Of a stretch of 64,000 nucleotides of DNA, positions 1 to 12,480 are shown one piece after another. The notes beneath the pieces were generated by a model that did no database searches, was not told where the DNA came from, and saw nothing but the letters and a program-made list of their open reading frames with translations. The stretch is from Lama guanicoe (Eukaryota): NCBI GenBank assembly GCA_013239625.1, contig MU053934.1:10251352-10315351 (forward strand). Reading direction: 5' to 3'. A program made the translations under genes and the position numbers. Within the stretch, counting starts at the first letter, position 1. Every line of letters starts with the position of its first letter.

Positions 1-1341
1 GGCATATCTGGGGACCATCGCCAGTGGCCGGCTAGATGCAGGGGTCCGGGAAAGACCGGCCTCATCTGCGGGCCCGTGGCGCTGCGGGCTGGCGGGTGTA
101 CAGGAAGTGTGCTTAAAGCAACCCAGGAGGACAGGCAGGGAAGGCAGTTGACTTCATCAGACACTTTGCCACTGTGACATGCCAGCAGCGTTTCGGGAAC
201 TAAGCCACCGGCAGTGAATACGTGCAAAGCACAGGGTCACTGCTCAAAGAGTCGGTGGTTTTGCTGAAAAGAGAAAGTGGCCCCAAAGACGTGAAAACAG
301 CCGCAAAGCCACCTCCCGCCCAGTGCAGGAATCCCCAGGTGGGTGGCTGCAGAGGGAGGTTGGGGAGGAGGGGGTGGGCTGCTGCTGGGCCCCCAGAGCC
401 CCGGCTGGCCTGTGGCTCAGCCCTGCAGCACCGAAGCTCGCCCGGGGCGCCCTGCTCCTTTAGGATCGGACTCGCCACACCCGGCGCTGTGCTGCCGAGC
501 TGCCATCCCTGTCACACAACTCCTGCAGGTCCGTGCTCAGGGTCCTGGAGGGCTGAGCTTGCCTGGGCAGCCAGCTTCCCTGCATCACCCACTGAGTCCT
601 GCCCGGGAGCAGCTGTCCCCTGGGGCGGTGAGGACTCCCCCGCCCCAGGATGGACTCGGCCTCAAGAGCGCGCAAGTGTCCCTGCTCTCACCCCAGCCTG
701 CTTCTCTGTCTGGTCGGATGCTTGCTCTGGATGGGCAACTGCAGAGGAGTTTGGAGGAGGGTTGCACTGGGGCGGCGCTGCGCCTGCAGACCTCCTGCGG
801 CGTCCGCAGCCTGATGTGCCTGGCCCGGTGCCAGTGCACCGTGACGACCCCTCCTAAGCGCTCTGCCTCTCCATCCGGGACCCTGGAGGTGGGGGGGGGC
901 AGCTGGAAGGTGAGCCCAGAGCCGGCTTTCCCGCCATTGTTTTGCATTAAGAAATCCTGCCTCCTCCTTTGTTCATCATAACAACGAAGAGGCGAGACTC
1001 AGGAGGGAGAGCCAGGCGTGCGGAGATGGGCATAGACTCACAAAGGACAGACAGGGCCTCCCTGCCCTCCTGGCGGCTTCCCGTTGTGTGGACATGGTGA
1101 CCTCTGAACACAGTCGGCGCAGCGGGTGAAGACGCCAGCAGCACAGGTGCCAGCGGCCTGGGCTTCCTGCAGGAGGGCACAGGCCAGCCACCCAGCTCTG
1201 CCCTTTCCAGCCCGGCATGGTGGGAGGTGTCGTGCATCTTCAGGGATCAGGCTAGAACAGGCAGAGATGCTGGGGCTGGAGTCAGGACCTCTGAGGGGAA
1301 CGTGGCCGTTTCTGCAGTAACTTGAAAAACACAGATTAAGA

Positions 1342-1375
1342 ACACACACACGCGCGCGCGCACACACACACACAC
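1342..1375. repeat. (CA)n(CG)5(CA)n compound microsatellite
   Basis: acacacaca cgcgcgcgcg cacacacacacacac: 34 bp of alternating purine/pyrimidine. Confidence 0.9.
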
Positions 1376-2793
1376 CCACACACCCACCCCATGCTTTGCT
1401 TAGCATTTGGCCAGCTTCTCAAAGCTCTCCGGGGTCTCCCAGCCTTGTCTCTCTGTAGCACACTTGTCCATCTGTCTGTCTGTCCATCTGTTCATATTTG
1501 ATGCTCTGAGCACCTGTGTGGAGACTTGGACCCGTCCTAGTGCTACGTGCTGGACGTGGAAAGACAAAGGAGAATGCATCCTGCCGTGGGGCCTTCGGGT
1601 GAGGAGGGTCAGGGCAGGGGCTCCCTCACTGCAGCTGGTACAAAGCGCGAGGCGGGGATGGCTGAGGAGGGTGGCCTGGCTGTCGGGCCGCAGGCAGGCT
1701 TCTGGTCTCCCGGCTTGTTTTCCTGGCAGGCGGGCAGCGGGGGCCTTGCGGGCGGAAGTGCCTTTGCGCGATCCACCATCAGGGAGAGGACCCTGTCCCC
1801 CGGGTCTGCCCTCCTCTGCCGGCGTCCCTGGGATGCGGACACCACACTGGGCTGTCTGGAGAGCCTGCCTCACCCAGGCCGTCCGTGCTTCTCCCCCGGA
1901 AGTCCTCACAGTGCAGTGATGCCGAAGCTGCACCCGCCGCCTCCCCTCCGCCTCACAGGGGCTCTCCCCTTCCACGCGGCTCTCTCCTGGGCTCGGATAG
2001 TCCTGAGTCATGGCATCAAGTGGAATCGCAGCGTCGCGTTTAAACGCCTGTAGTGTCCTTCCGGCCCTGGGGCCAGAAGCTCCAGTGGTTGCTCTATTCA
2101 TGGCTTCATGTCGCAGTGAAATGTGATAATTGATGGATATCTGTGGAAACGGATCCGATTGTGTCCCCGTTAATGAGCTAACAATTTCATGCCGAAATCT
2201 CAGCAGTGCTATTGTTTAGAACAAAAGGAGACATGCAGATGAGGCCAGGGCTCAGGCTGGTGGGAACAATGCGGGCAGCCTCTTTATTGGACCCATTAAT
2301 TAATTCCCCATCAGCCAGTTTCCCCGGGAATGAACTGGAAAAATCATTAAAATGATACATGAGGTAAGGAGTTTAGAAATTCAGAAGGTGAAGCGGAGAA
2401 TTACTCTAACACGTAATTAGACATATTATTTGTGACTGTACTTTTTTTTAAGTGTGTTTCACTGAGGCAGTGGGGCCCTATTTTTAGTCCTGGAAAGCTC
2501 GTAAATACCATTTGGGGCTGTTTTTCAACTCATAAAAGCTCATAAATTTTCTTAATGACATTAAGCAGCTAATTATATTGTACGTTGTTAAAATAACTCC
2601 AGTCGCAAAATCTAATAATACAACAAAAGTTGCAAAAGCCGGTTTTGGAAGGAGTTAATTTGACTAAATTACCAAGTGAAACTCTGGGCGTTGGGACCAA
2701 AGTGAAAGAGTTTTCAGCAAAGAATCTCCAGGTTCACATTATTTCTGTTGCAGGTTTGATCCAGGGGATGAGCCTTGAGCACCAACCTGCTGC

Positions 2794-2862
2794 TTTTTTC
2801 TGTTTTTCTTTTCTTTAACCGTAGTGTAGTCAGTTTACAGTGTTGTGTCAGCTCCTGGTGTC
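2794..2862 (-). mobile_element. Very short 5'-truncated L1 3' end (lineage-recent type)
   Basis: T-rich tail followed by tagtcagtttacagtgttgtgtca, the same motif as at 3417-3466 and related to the start of the L1 at 21473. Confidence 0.6.
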
Positions 2863-3416
2863 GATTTCCTGCTGTGGATGGGAGACGTCTGGGTGGTCCT
2901 GGCTGAGTGCTGGGCGCGTCCGCAGTTCTCCAGGTCAGGCTCATCCAGCAGAACATTCGCATCAATGACAACGACGACAACAGTAATAATAGTGCCAGTT
3001 CCGAGGAGCCCACGCGCGGCAGCGCTGCCGTGAGCGCCAGCACGCCTGGCCGCGTTGCCGCCGGGTGCTGCGCGGGGAGCTGGGCTGCGCCTGCGTCTGC
3101 AGTTGGAGCTCGGGAGGCTCGGAGCGGGGCGGGCGCTGCCCCGGGCCGCCCAGCCTCCGCCTGCAGCCCCGCTCGTGGAACTCGGTCTTCTGCTGGGTTT
3201 CACAGGCTGTGGCTGCGTGTGTGGTCCTCTGTCTGTCCCTGCTGGTCCGCTGTTGCTTTCTGGGGGCCGTGCCGGCCCGCCCTCCTCCCCGCTCCCCCTG
3301 AAATGCTGGGGTTGCTTGCTCCTGGTCGGCTGCACCCCACCTTTGCTTAGTCTTTGCTTCTGCAGCCAGAAGTGAATCAGGAAGCCCTGATCCAGCCCTG
3401 CATTTCCATCATTTGC

Positions 3417-3466
3417 TTTTTTTTTTTATTGAGATATTGTCAGTTTACAGTGTTGTGTCAATTTCA
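3417..3466 (-). mobile_element. Very short 5'-truncated L1 3' end
   Basis: poly-T then attgagatattgtcagtttacagtgttgtgtcaatttc, an antisense L1 3' terminus. Confidence 0.65.
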
Positions 3467-6400
3467 CATCCTTTCTTTTAAGTGAAACTCCGTCCATTAA
3501 TCATCCCGTGATTCCATCTGTCAGCCCAGAAGCACTTGCTCGTGTTTTATGGCACTGGTTTGTTGAAATTCTGGGAAAGAGGAGAACAAACAAGCAAGTC
3601 CTAATAAATAAAAGTTATTTCCTCATTTGAATTTCGGAGTCCAGAGAGTCCATATGATGCAGACATCAATCTTCCCCGTCCTGAAGGGGAGGCATGATTT
3701 CTCATCATGCGTCATGCAGGGTTCTGATGAGAGGTGCTCGTGTGTTTGGCCGGCTCAGCTCCTCCCCGGGGACGGCTGCCTCTTTGTATTGCAAGTGACA
3801 CACTCAGCCTAGTGCTGCCGCCGGCTGTGTCCCCTCAGTCTGGGCGAGCACTGTCGTGTGAACCTCCCTGGTTCAGGGTGGGTGAGCGCATTGTGGGTAT
3901 CCAGGGACGTTCTGAGTTTGCTTAGAAAGGTGTGCTTGCTCTGGAGGGCCGGAAGCACAGGCCAGGGGGGGACACTGCTATGCTCCAGGAGTGAGTGAAA
4001 GGGAGGGGACACAGCCTGGGGAGACGGCCTGCAGGGGGCCGGGGAGGGCGGCTGCCCAGCTGGCTGGAGGGACTGGCACTCAGGCTCCCTGGGTCAGACT
4101 ACTGCTTCTCCCCAGGGCCACTCTGCCACGCCACTGGCTCTCCAGCGGGGGCTGCTGTGTGGTCTGGGCTTCTGCTCGCTGCGCTCTTGGCGTCCAGCAG
4201 CACGGTGCCTGACCCCACGCGTGGCTGGAAGTGACCTGCCAAGTTGGAGCCGCAGAGGAGCTCTTCCACTGGGTTTCAGGTGTAGGGCCCATCTCTGCGC
4301 CTGCAGCACTTTGCTGGACCTGTCAGCGTCCCTGCTGTTTCCTGGGGCCACTGTCTTCACACCTGCTGTGCGCAGTAGCCAGGAAGTCCTTGAGGGTAGG
4401 GCTGCCTGGCTGGGGCCCATGTCCCCGCGCCCTGCACAGGGCCTGGCTCGCTGGCATCCACTAGGGGCTGCCTGGGTCGGTGGTGGGTGTCTGGCACCCC
4501 GATCCAATTTACCTGGTGTCTTGTAGGCGGGCCTCTTTCAAACACCTGCCAGACCTTATCTGGGGAAGGTAATGCCACCGTGTCCCCCAGGCCTCGCTGC
4601 TCTGCTCGTAGGCACGCATCTCATGGTCTGAGCTCAACAGACTGAGCTCTGCTCTACCAGCCGGGGGCCTGGGGGCCTTCCTGCTGGCTGCCGACCGGCC
4701 CTCACATGCCCGTGTGAAGGACAAATGGCTCCCCACAGGTTTTCTGTCCTGGGGTCAGATTTGAATGTAAAACTCCAAAGTTCTAAATTTATTAAAGGCT
4801 TTCTTTTGGGGCTGGAAATATGCAATAGATTTTCTATCCCTCTCAATTCTCTCTTAAAATTTAATGCTGCCATAAAAATGATGGATAACAAATTATTCCA
4901 GGAAAAATGATACTGAGAGTCTTCTAACTGTTGAAGCTGAAGCACGGACTCAGCGAGGAAACACACGTGACCCAGGAAGCTCACAAGGAAAGAGGAAGTC
5001 AGTGCTCTGTGGGAACTGCAACCACGTAATGTGTTCCGGGCTGTGGAAGACAGCAGTTTTTACTCCTGGTGTTAAAGTACCAAATCTGTTCTGTGCTGTT
5101 GGCGCCTCTGTTCGCTTAGTAACACCGTGCCTTTCTAGAATTCAGTGTGTAGCCTTTCCTACCTGGAACGCCGCAGGGTCCGAGCAAAGGAGCAGGAAGG
5201 CCAGAGCCTTAAAACTGAGGTCAGAGGCATCCCCTGTGACAGCTTGTGTCTGTTAGTCCTGTGAACCTTCCTGGCCCTCTCGGAGCGCCTTTCCAGAGAG
5301 TTCCGCCAACACAGCTGGGACCGCCCTGCCCGGGCTCGGTGGTGGCGGCCAGAAGGCAACCTGGCAGCCAGACCACAGGCCGGCAGGAGGGAGGGAAGGG
5401 CGTGCAGACCAGACACGGGCCTCACACCCTGCGCCGTCTGGGGGGTGTGCCTGCGGGGCATGCTTTGTTCCCTGTGTTCTGTGGGCCTCGGGAACGTCAT
5501 TCCACGGCAGGTGTTTTCAAAAGCACAGTATTGGAAGAAAGAGATTCAGACTTGCCCTCCTGACCGTTGTTTTCCTCCAGAGCAGTGGAGGTGAGGGCGC
5601 CTCCCGGACCAGCAATCCGGGCCAGGCGATGGCGTCCGTGGGCCCCAGGCAGCAGCTGGATGAGGTGGCCCAGGTTGGTGCTCCTGGCCACATGTGCTTT
5701 CCCCTTGCAGTGTGTCGCCACGTCTATTAGAAGAAGTTAAGAGAAAGGACTGGCCGGTGTCAATGATTTCCAGTTGGAAATGTCACCATGACAACCGAGG
5801 AGGTGCTGGAAGCAGGCACTTTGTTAACTCTGAGTCTTAACCCTTCCTGGGCAACTCGAGAATCCTTTCTCTGGAGAGAAATAGGCTCACTTGTGAGCTG
5901 TGTCTCATTGTTCCTCAGCTACACCCACTCAAGTGAGTAATTTACCTTTGTGTGTAGGTTTAGAAAGACAGATGCACGCAGTCTGTGCAATGCCCTTCCT
6001 TCACTCACTCGGATGCTGGCTTCTCTGAGCTGCTCTTTGATGGCCGCTTTCCCAGGGAAGAAGCAGGGCCCTGTGGACCGCGCTGCCTCAGTTCTGCTAT
6101 TCTGTTGGTCCCCTGAGTCCCGGGAGCTCCATGCCCCCTGGGCAACTGTCCCACCACCTGCCTGCCTAGTCGCCTCTACTGCCCATCGGATAAAGCCCAA
6201 AGGCCGCAGGCTGGCCTTTAGGGCTGTTACCGTCCAGCCCCATCCTGTTCTTCCTGCCCATCCGTCAGGACTCCGGGGAGCATCTCCTTCACGTTAGGCC
6301 CAGGCCAGGTCGGGGGAGGCGGGGAGAAAGCACAGAGGCGAGCAGGACACAGTCCTGGACACGGCGTGCTGGAGAAACCAGACTGAACAGAGGGGGGGCA

Positions 6401-6467
6401 GTCAGGAGCCCACGTGCAAACCCAGGAGTTCCAGGGGGACTCAGAGCCCCGGGTCACTTCCGTATGG

Positions 6468-6640
6468 GTCAGAGGCGGCCTCACAGCAGGCTGAGCTTTA
6501 AGGTGGCATGCCTTGTGACCCTCGGAGCACCCAGAACTGCTGGCTGACTGTCAGAGGCGGCCTCGCAGCAGGCTGAGCTTTAAGGTGGCATGCCTCGTGA
6601 CCCTCGGAGCGCCCAGAGCTGCTGGCTGCCTATCAGAAGC
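6468..6640. repeat. Tandem duplication, 2 x 82 bp
   Basis: gtcagaggcggcctc...gctggctg recurs at 6468 and 6550 with six substitutions. Confidence 0.93.
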
Positions 6641-6849
6641 AGACTTGGAGGTGCAGGAATGCTTGCAGGGAGGCAGGGTCGTCCCCAGAGGCCTGAGTGA
6701 AAACAGGTGGGAGGGGGTGCTGCCAGTCTGTAGGTTTGGGTTTGAACACACACTTGGGACAAGAGATAGACTTTGTGTCCCCACAGCTAGGGAATGTGGA
6801 GCTAAGGCATGCAAGTAAAGCCGGAGCATGGAGTACACCCTTGGACGAA

Positions 6850-9800
6850 GGATGAACTAGAAGAAAACAAATGCACTTCCCAGCCTGGGAGGCAGCGGGA
6901 CACGCAACCCTGTCTCAGCCTGGGAGCTCGGGGAGGGGGGCGGGGTGTTCTTCCCTGTTGAGGTTTTACCCAGGGCTACATTTAGCATTTGAATCAACAA
7001 GAACTGCATAATCTGGGAGCCAGTAAACTGAGCAGTTAGCATAGAAAGATGCTAAAGGCTATTAATGTCACTGGAACGCCTTGCACAGTCAGAACTCGAG
7101 ATCTCGGTTTTTCTGTCTCAGTGGTTGATAAAACTGGCCAAAAACCAGTAAAGACAGAGAAGAGAGAGAAATGTCATCAGGCAACTTGCTTGATTCCCTT
7201 AAAATCCAACAGCCGGGAGAGCCAACAACGTTCAAGTCCAGAGCGACCAACAGCCAAGACAGTCTGCTTCCTGGGCCACAAAACGAGTCTGAAAGTTTGA
7301 AAGGATCAAAATCATGCAGAGGATGTTACATAAGAGAATTAAGTTAGAAATCAGTGGGAATGATTCTAAAATTCTCCAAATTTTTGAGAATTAGGCAGCA
7401 CACCTCTAGAGACTCCTTGAGTCAAAGAAATCAGAGGGAAATCAGGAAATATTTTAAACTGGATGAATAATGAGAAGGTAACATTTGAATTTGTAGTGTG
7501 CAGCGAAAGCCGTGCTTGGGGAGCTCACATATTCCTATACGTGCATCCATCAGAAAAGAAGAAAGATTGAAAATCAGTAATTTTAGTTTCTACTTTCAGA
7601 AGCTAGAAAAAGAAGGGGCGATTAATACCCAAGTGAGCAGAGGAAGGAAACAAAAATGATAAGAGCAACAACCACCAGAACAGAACATGGGCAAACGGCA
7701 GAGGAAACCAGCAAGACGGAAAGGTGGCTTAAATAAGGTCAGTAACAGTGACAAGTCTGCAGGCAGGGAAGCCGAAGCCGAAAGAAGAGCGGAAGTGAAG
7801 CCAGAGTCACGCACAAGGAGGGGCATCACTATGGACCCTACGGACGTTCAGAAGCTGGTGACGGAATCTTATTGACAACTTATGACAGTAACGCTAACAG
7901 CCTAGAGGAAATGGACAGACCCCTGAAGGACGAAGTCACCCAGCTCTGCACAGGAAGAGATGAGAAGCCCGAAAGCCCTGCAATTCCCTGAAGAAACGGC
8001 TTCGTGATTAAGCAGCTTCCCGCAAAGACGGCCGCAGGCCCCCGCGGCTTCCCCGGCCGGCTTTTAGAGCTGAAGGAGGAGATAATGCCGGTCGCACACA
8101 GATTCAGTGTGGAGGAAGAGGGGACACCGAGTTCTCAGCTCTTTTTATCAATCAAAGATACCAAAACGAGATGTGGGTGTTATTAGAAAAGATTATGAAC
8201 CAATACCTTGATTAACAAAGCTGCGGAAGTCTCTGACGGAGCGTTAGCAAACTGAGTCAGGTAAACTATAGAAATGCCAGTGCATCGCGATGGAGGGAAC
8301 TTACCTCGGACGGGCAAGGTTGGTTGAGCATTGAAAAATAAATCAACGTGACTGATCGCATGCACAGAATAAGGGGGAGAAGGATATGGTCGCGTCAAAA
8401 GATGCAGAAAAAGCACTCGACAAAATGCAACACCTGTTCACGAGGAGAACTCTCAGTAAACGGGAAGTAGAAGGCGGCTTCCTCAGAGGTAAAAGGCACT
8501 GACGGAATCCTAGTGCTTACATTGTATTTAATGGCAAGGTCATCAAATGCTTCCCCCTACGTTGAGAACAAGGCAGGAGTATTTGTTCTCACTAATTCTG
8601 TTCAGCATTGGACTTGAAGGTCTAGCTAGGGTGATCAGAGATGACAATGAAATAAAAGTTACAATGATTGGAAAGGAGAATGCTGAACTTCCCTTATTGA
8701 TTGCATACGTAGAAAATCCTAAAGATTCTACCAAAGGAAAAAGAAAAGAGCTAATAAAGATGCTGGATACAGGTTAATATGCAAAAATTAGTTTATTTCT
8801 GTATATAGGAATGAACGATTAGAAGGTGAAGTGTAGAGACCAGTACCACTTATAGTAACATAAAAGTCATAAAAATACTTACAGATACGTTTAACCAAAG
8901 CTACTTAGGATTTTTACATTGAAATTGCAAAACATTACTAAGAGAAATGAAGAAATATTTGGTGAGATCTACCATGTTTATAAAGACTTAACATTAAGAT
9001 ATTAACTCTCCCCGTGCTGATCTGTGGAGTCAGTGCAGTCTCAATCACCTTGTACCGAGCTTTTTTGTAGAAGCCAACAAGTTTATTCTGAACTGTAGAT
9101 GGAAATGCAAAGGGCCTCAGATTGCAACATTTACAACATTTGGTTAAAGAAGAGCTAAGTTGGAGAACTTCACCTCTTGATTTCAGGATGTTCTCTGAAG
9201 CTGCAGGAACCAGGGCGGTGCAGTGTCAACATATGGGGGATTCTAGGATAATGGAGCCAGGTGGAGTCCAGAATAGTCAAGAGGCACACCGGGGGAAGTG
9301 TTTGTCATACACACACCTGGCAGAGGACTCCTCTCTGGGGTGTGTAGAAGTCCCCGTAGCTCAGGGTTACAAAGACACACAGCCCAATCAGGAAGTGGAC
9401 AAAAGGCTCAGATGTTTCACAGCAGAAGATGGATGAATGGCCAGTTAACACTTGAAAAAGTGCTCAGCATCGTTAGTCACCAGGGAAATGCAGACCAGAC
9501 CACAGTGAGGGACCGCCACGCACTCCCCAGAGTGGCTCAGGTTGAAGGATTGGCGGCGCTCAGCATGGCAAGTACGTGGAGTCTCACACATGGCCGGTGG
9601 GCACGCTGAACTGGCGACTTCTCACAAAGCTAAGCAGGCACCTGCCCCTGGACCAACAGCTCTGCCCCTAGGTCTTTACACAAGAGACGCGAATGTGTGT
9701 GTTTGCACTCACAGCCTGTGCACGAGAGACCGTCGCGCTTTACTCACATCAGCCCAAACTGAGAGCAGCTCCACATCTACCAGCAAAGACGGAGAAACAG

Positions 9801-10045
9801 CTTCCTACAGTGGGCGCTGGCCAGCGACACCGGGGCTGAGTCTCAGCGACGTCGTCGTGTGCGCCGACAAGAGCGGAGCGCTGGGGCGCGTGCGCGCGCC
9901 GCCGCCCCCCCCCCCCCCCCCACTTGTTGGCAGGGGTGTTGGTTCCCCTGCGGCTTTTGCTTGTCAGAACTCATTGGACAGGATTCTCTGGTTTCTGTGT
10001 TACACCTGATGAATTGTACGTCAGCAAAAGCTAATATAGTTTAAA
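6850..10045 (+). mobile_element. Old degenerate L1 (L1M-type): ORF2 remnant plus 3' end
   Basis: A-rich sense strand with L1 ORF2 remnants: ctgggccacaaaac, aattaagttagaaatcagt, gatgcagaaaaagcactcgacaaaat, caaggcaggagtatttgttctcac, cgtagaaaatcctaaagattctac, cagggaaatgcagaccagaccacagtgag. Many stops and frameshifts. Confidence 0.85.
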
Positions 10046-10441
10046 AACACGGGCTAGAAATACTCAGACTGAACCCCCACCCAAAACCATAAAACCAAAC
10101 AAACACAGAGCCAACACGTGAACCCAGAGTACGCTGAAGTCATTTTTCCAAGTCTTTTGAACTTGAGCTTCAGTGTTGAGACCTTAAGGAAAGGTTCACC
10201 GCGAGCCGCGAGGCAGAGGGGCGCGCCCTCTGAATAAAGCAGTCACCCCCACGGGGCTCTGTCCCCGGGGCTAGGCTGGTTGGCGGAGCCCCGCCTTGCC
10301 TGCCCCGGGCCCCTCGTGCCGGGCTGCGCGCCTGCCTGCGACCAGGGGGAGTGTCAGGACCCTGAGCTCAAATGTGAAAGGTAGGGCGTCACGTTTTATT
10401 TTTTTTAAGTGGCAGTTTCTTTTATATTGATTTACTTGATT

Positions 10442-10549
10442 TGGGGGGGTAAATTAGGCTTTATTTATTTATTTGTTTATTCATTATTTTTAACGGAGGT
10501 GCTGGGGTTGCTAAGCACACACTCTACCACTGAGCTACACCCTGCCCCC
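10442..10549 (-). mobile_element. tRNA-Ala-derived SINE (camelid vic-1 type), internally deleted
   Basis: ctctaccactgagcta is the reverse of the A box. Reverse-strand tail with (ttta)n and gggggtaaattagg. About 20 bp covering the B-box region are missing relative to the other copies. Confidence 0.8.
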
Positions 10550-10730
10550 ACTAAAATATCACATTTTGGGGAGAAGTGAGGCTGTGAGGTGATAAGAACC
10601 ATTATATGCACTGGCGGGGGTGTAAACTAGTGAAAAAAAACTCAAAAAATAATTCGGCTTTTCCTGGGAAAGCCGAGGAGATGCGTTCTTCTTGACCAAC
10701 TGCTCCTCTCCTGGGTTGTGGGTCCTTGGA

Positions 10731-10878
10731 GCTGCACTGTCACCAGCCATGTGGTTATTTAAATGAACATCAGTGAGAAATAAAAGACTTAAAGCATTTT
10801 AGTTCCTCAGTCCCACCGGCCACCTTTGCAGCGCTCAGGACCCCGCTGTGGCCTGTGGCAGCCGAGTGGATGGTGCGG
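10731..10878. mobile_element. MER3/MER33-like hAT-Charlie DNA transposon remnant
   Basis: ctgcactgtc...agccatgtggttattt...ttagttcctcagtcccaccggccac...tgtggcctgtggc resembles the recalled MER3/MER33 termini. Confidence 0.65.
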
Positions 10879-10916
10879 TCGCAGGGCGCCCCCGTCCCCG
10901 CAGTGTCCGCATGGTG

Positions 10917-11077
10917 CAGGACTCCCACGTGTGCTTCCCGGGCCTGTAGCAGCAGCAGCACCGGCAGCTCGTTGGAGATGCAGGTGTCCGGCCCCGGCCC
11001 AGCCGGCCCCTGACTCAGATGTGCCGGGGCGGGCCTCCGCGTGATTCCGGGGCACACAGCAGCCTGAGAACCCGCGC
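10917..11077. mobile_element. MER5A-like hAT-Charlie DNA transposon remnant
   Basis: agcagcagcagcacc...ctcgttggagatgcag...ctgactcaga...gtgattcc...ctgagaacc is collinear with the recalled MER5A consensus. Confidence 0.7.
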
Positions 11078-12268
11078 TCTCCAGAGACCCTTAAACTGTG
11101 CACGAAGGTTACTGAATTGTGACAGCAAGAAACGGGGAAGGACCTACAGACCCGGCGCAGCAGTGTGGGTAAGCAGGTGGTGGGGCACCCGCGAGGCAGT
11201 GAGAGTTAGTCGCGGTCTGCGGTCACGTGAAGCGACAGGAGTGCACTTCAGGGATGTAGTGTTGGTTGGAGCAGAAGCCCTCGACCCGTACGCACCTTGT
11301 GCTGTCTTGATCTAAAACTCAGATCCAGAAGGAAACAACTGCGGTGCCAAGATGGAGAAAGTCGAGGAAACGGCAGACACACGACGTGGGCTGGTCTCTG
11401 CCTTCGGGGGTTGGGAGTGAAAGGAGAGGGCCGGACTGACCCTGGGGAACGTGACCCCGTGAGAGGTTAGTTCCTTCTTGAGCAGGTGATGGCAGGTCTC
11501 AGAATTCTTGTTCTCTTGGGATTCTTTTACTTCCAGGTATTTAAAAAATATTTTGTGTTAACTCAATATTTAGCTAAACAATTTAAAAAGGGTGAAATAT
11601 CAAAGTTCTTGGTTGGTCATGAGTTAAGTTTTTCCGAAAAGTAAAACAGAGCCCCCAAAACGTTATTTTAAATACCCACAGAGTTGATGGATATTTCATT
11701 CATGTAATCTTAAAGTGTATTTGTCTGATTTTGCTTGAATTTTCCTTCATGGCATTTATTCCTCCTTTTGGGACACAAGAGGATTAGGAATAAAATGCCT
11801 GGCAAAGCTCCCCCAATCAAACTCGAGCAGAAGCAAAATAGAAATGATAATTGTAAGATTAAAAAGACTAAGGAAAATTGTACTGAGTTAATTAAAGGCA
11901 GCCATTTTACTGTAGCAAAACGATATTAAATATATATGTCCTAAGTCACGGAGATAAGAAAACAGAAAGTCAGAATCTGATAGAAAGATTGTAGTGGTAA
12001 CGGAGAGCTTTCATTCTTTCTTGTCAGTGTTTGAGTTATCAAGTAGGAAAAAAATAATGGCCAAGGATCTGAACAGTGTAATTTTTATGGTCAAATTAAC
12101 ATTTATTCACCGGGAATCTAGAGATGGGAGAGTGGCAAGACTTTACAAGAAATGACACCGACTTCCACATGCAGACACGTGGACGTACACACATTCCGCG
12201 TCCTCTTATATGTGCACAGATAAACGTGTGATGCAGAACAAGGGAATTTTCATTTAAACAGTGAAGAT

Positions 12269-12347
12269 GGGGGGAGGGTATAGCTCAAGAGGTAGAGCAC
12301 ATGCTTAGCATACACAAGGTCCTGCGTTCAATCCCCAGTACCTCCCC

Positions 12348-12379
<32 letters not shown>

Positions 12380-12480
12380 AGAAGGAAGGAAGGAAGGAAG
12401 GAAGGAAGGAAGGAAGGAAGGAAGGAAGTAAAACCTAATTACCTCCCCCTAAAAAACAATAACAAAACAAAACAAAACAA
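12269..12480 (+). mobile_element. tRNA-Ala-derived SINE (camelid vic-1 type) with expanded internal microsatellite and target-site duplication
   Basis: Head ggggagggtatagctcaagaggtagagc...gttcaatccccagtacctcc, then (AAAT)n(GAAG)n, aaacctaattacctccccc and an A-rich tail. TSD aaacagtgaagat (12256-12268) / aaacaatgaagat (12481-12493). Confidence 0.92.
12349..12428. repeat. (AAAT)8(GAAG)12 compound tetranucleotide microsatellite
   Basis: Directly visible inside the SINE. Confidence 0.95.

Noticed and set aside
8547..8777. ORF with reverse-transcriptase-like residues (YVENPKDS)
   Set aside because: A fragment of a dead L1 ORF2, not a functional gene.
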